A stretch of 63,936 nucleotides of DNA, counting the filler, from Gonapodya sp. JEL0774 (taxonomy: Eukaryota): NCBI GenBank assembly GCA_027604505.1. It is 8 parts of 8 records of this genome, joined end to end, with 100 filler letters (N's around TTAATTAATTAA, not from the genome) between each part and the next. Parts side by side here need not be neighbours in the genome. Positions count along the whole stretch, not along the records: positions 56,189 to 63,936 come from JADIIX010000486.1; 7 more parts are not named here. One strand, 5' to 3'. The translations under genes were made by a program, and so were the position numbers. Shown here piece by piece: positions 63,490 through 63,936 of this stretch (position 1 is the stretch's first letter; every line of letters begins with the position of its first letter). The notes below the pieces were generated by a model, which was given only the letters and a program-made list of their open reading frames with translations, made no database searches and was not told the DNA's origin.

Positions 63490-63936
63490 ATGCCACCTAA
63501 AATTCAACGATACCGCGCGGGTCAGCTCCCAAAAGGTGTAACGGAGAAAGACCTCTACTCCTCTGACTCAGAAAACGAAGATGACAAGCGAGAGCGTCAG
63601 GAATATCGAGACATCTCTTCCAGACCCAGTCCTGCAGAACCTGTGCTCCCGCCCCAGCCTGTCTCCAAAGGCGTTGATGCAGCAACCGATAGGCGTTTGC
63701 GGAGGGTAGAGGAAGCGCGGAGTGGTCTTGGGAGGGGCCCTGGACAGGTTCAACAATTAGACTTGGACGATCGGGACGAGGAACTGGATGAGCGGCCTGG
63801 ACGGGAGAGATTTGCAGAGCAAAGAGCAGATGGTTAGTTTTTGCATCATTCTAATTGATTGATCGCCGTCATTATCTTTATCTTCTCTCTAATTTGTTCC
63901 CGCAGCACGAGTTGGTACACGACAACACTCCCCACC
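63490..63936 (+). CDS. MFAP1: MFAP1/Spp381-like spliceosomal protein, 3'-truncated
   Basis: MPPKIQRYRAGQLP...SSDSENEDD...DRRLRR resembles the MFAP1 N-terminus; intron begins near 63833. Confidence 0.7.

Overview
This window is not one locus. It is eight unrelated contigs of about 7.7-7.9 kb (1-7945, 8046-15989, 16090-24028, 24129-32066, 32167-40103, 40204-48124, 48225-56088, 56189-63936), joined in decreasing size by artificial 100-nt spacers (44 N + TTAATTAATTAA + 44 N). The DNA is eukaryotic, gene-dense and rich in short GT-AG introns. Gene content suggests an early-diverging (chytrid/monoblepharid-like) fungus, which is an inference. Recognisable genes: MPP10, BolA, a kappa-GST/DSBA-like protein, SLA2/HIP1R, a long-chain acyl-CoA ligase, MFAP1 and two tandem bacterial-type 8-oxoguanine deaminases. 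Contig 2 is a decayed Ty3/gypsy chromovirus containing a solo LTR, next to a copia RT fragment. The most striking observations came from splicing genes by hand: (1) three adjacent single-pass receptors with different ectodomains (2x fasciclin versus plant-type LRR) that share one juxtamembrane+SH3 cytoplasmic module and its intron positions; (2) an inverted paralog pair with a ubiquitin-like N-terminus and one or two copies of an unrecognised ~160-aa domain; (3) a PLD6/Nuc-like protein with two fused HKD domains; (4) a LEA-like protein with a signal peptide and C-terminal KEEL, built from symmetric phase-1 exons. All gene models are manual and unverified by any database search.
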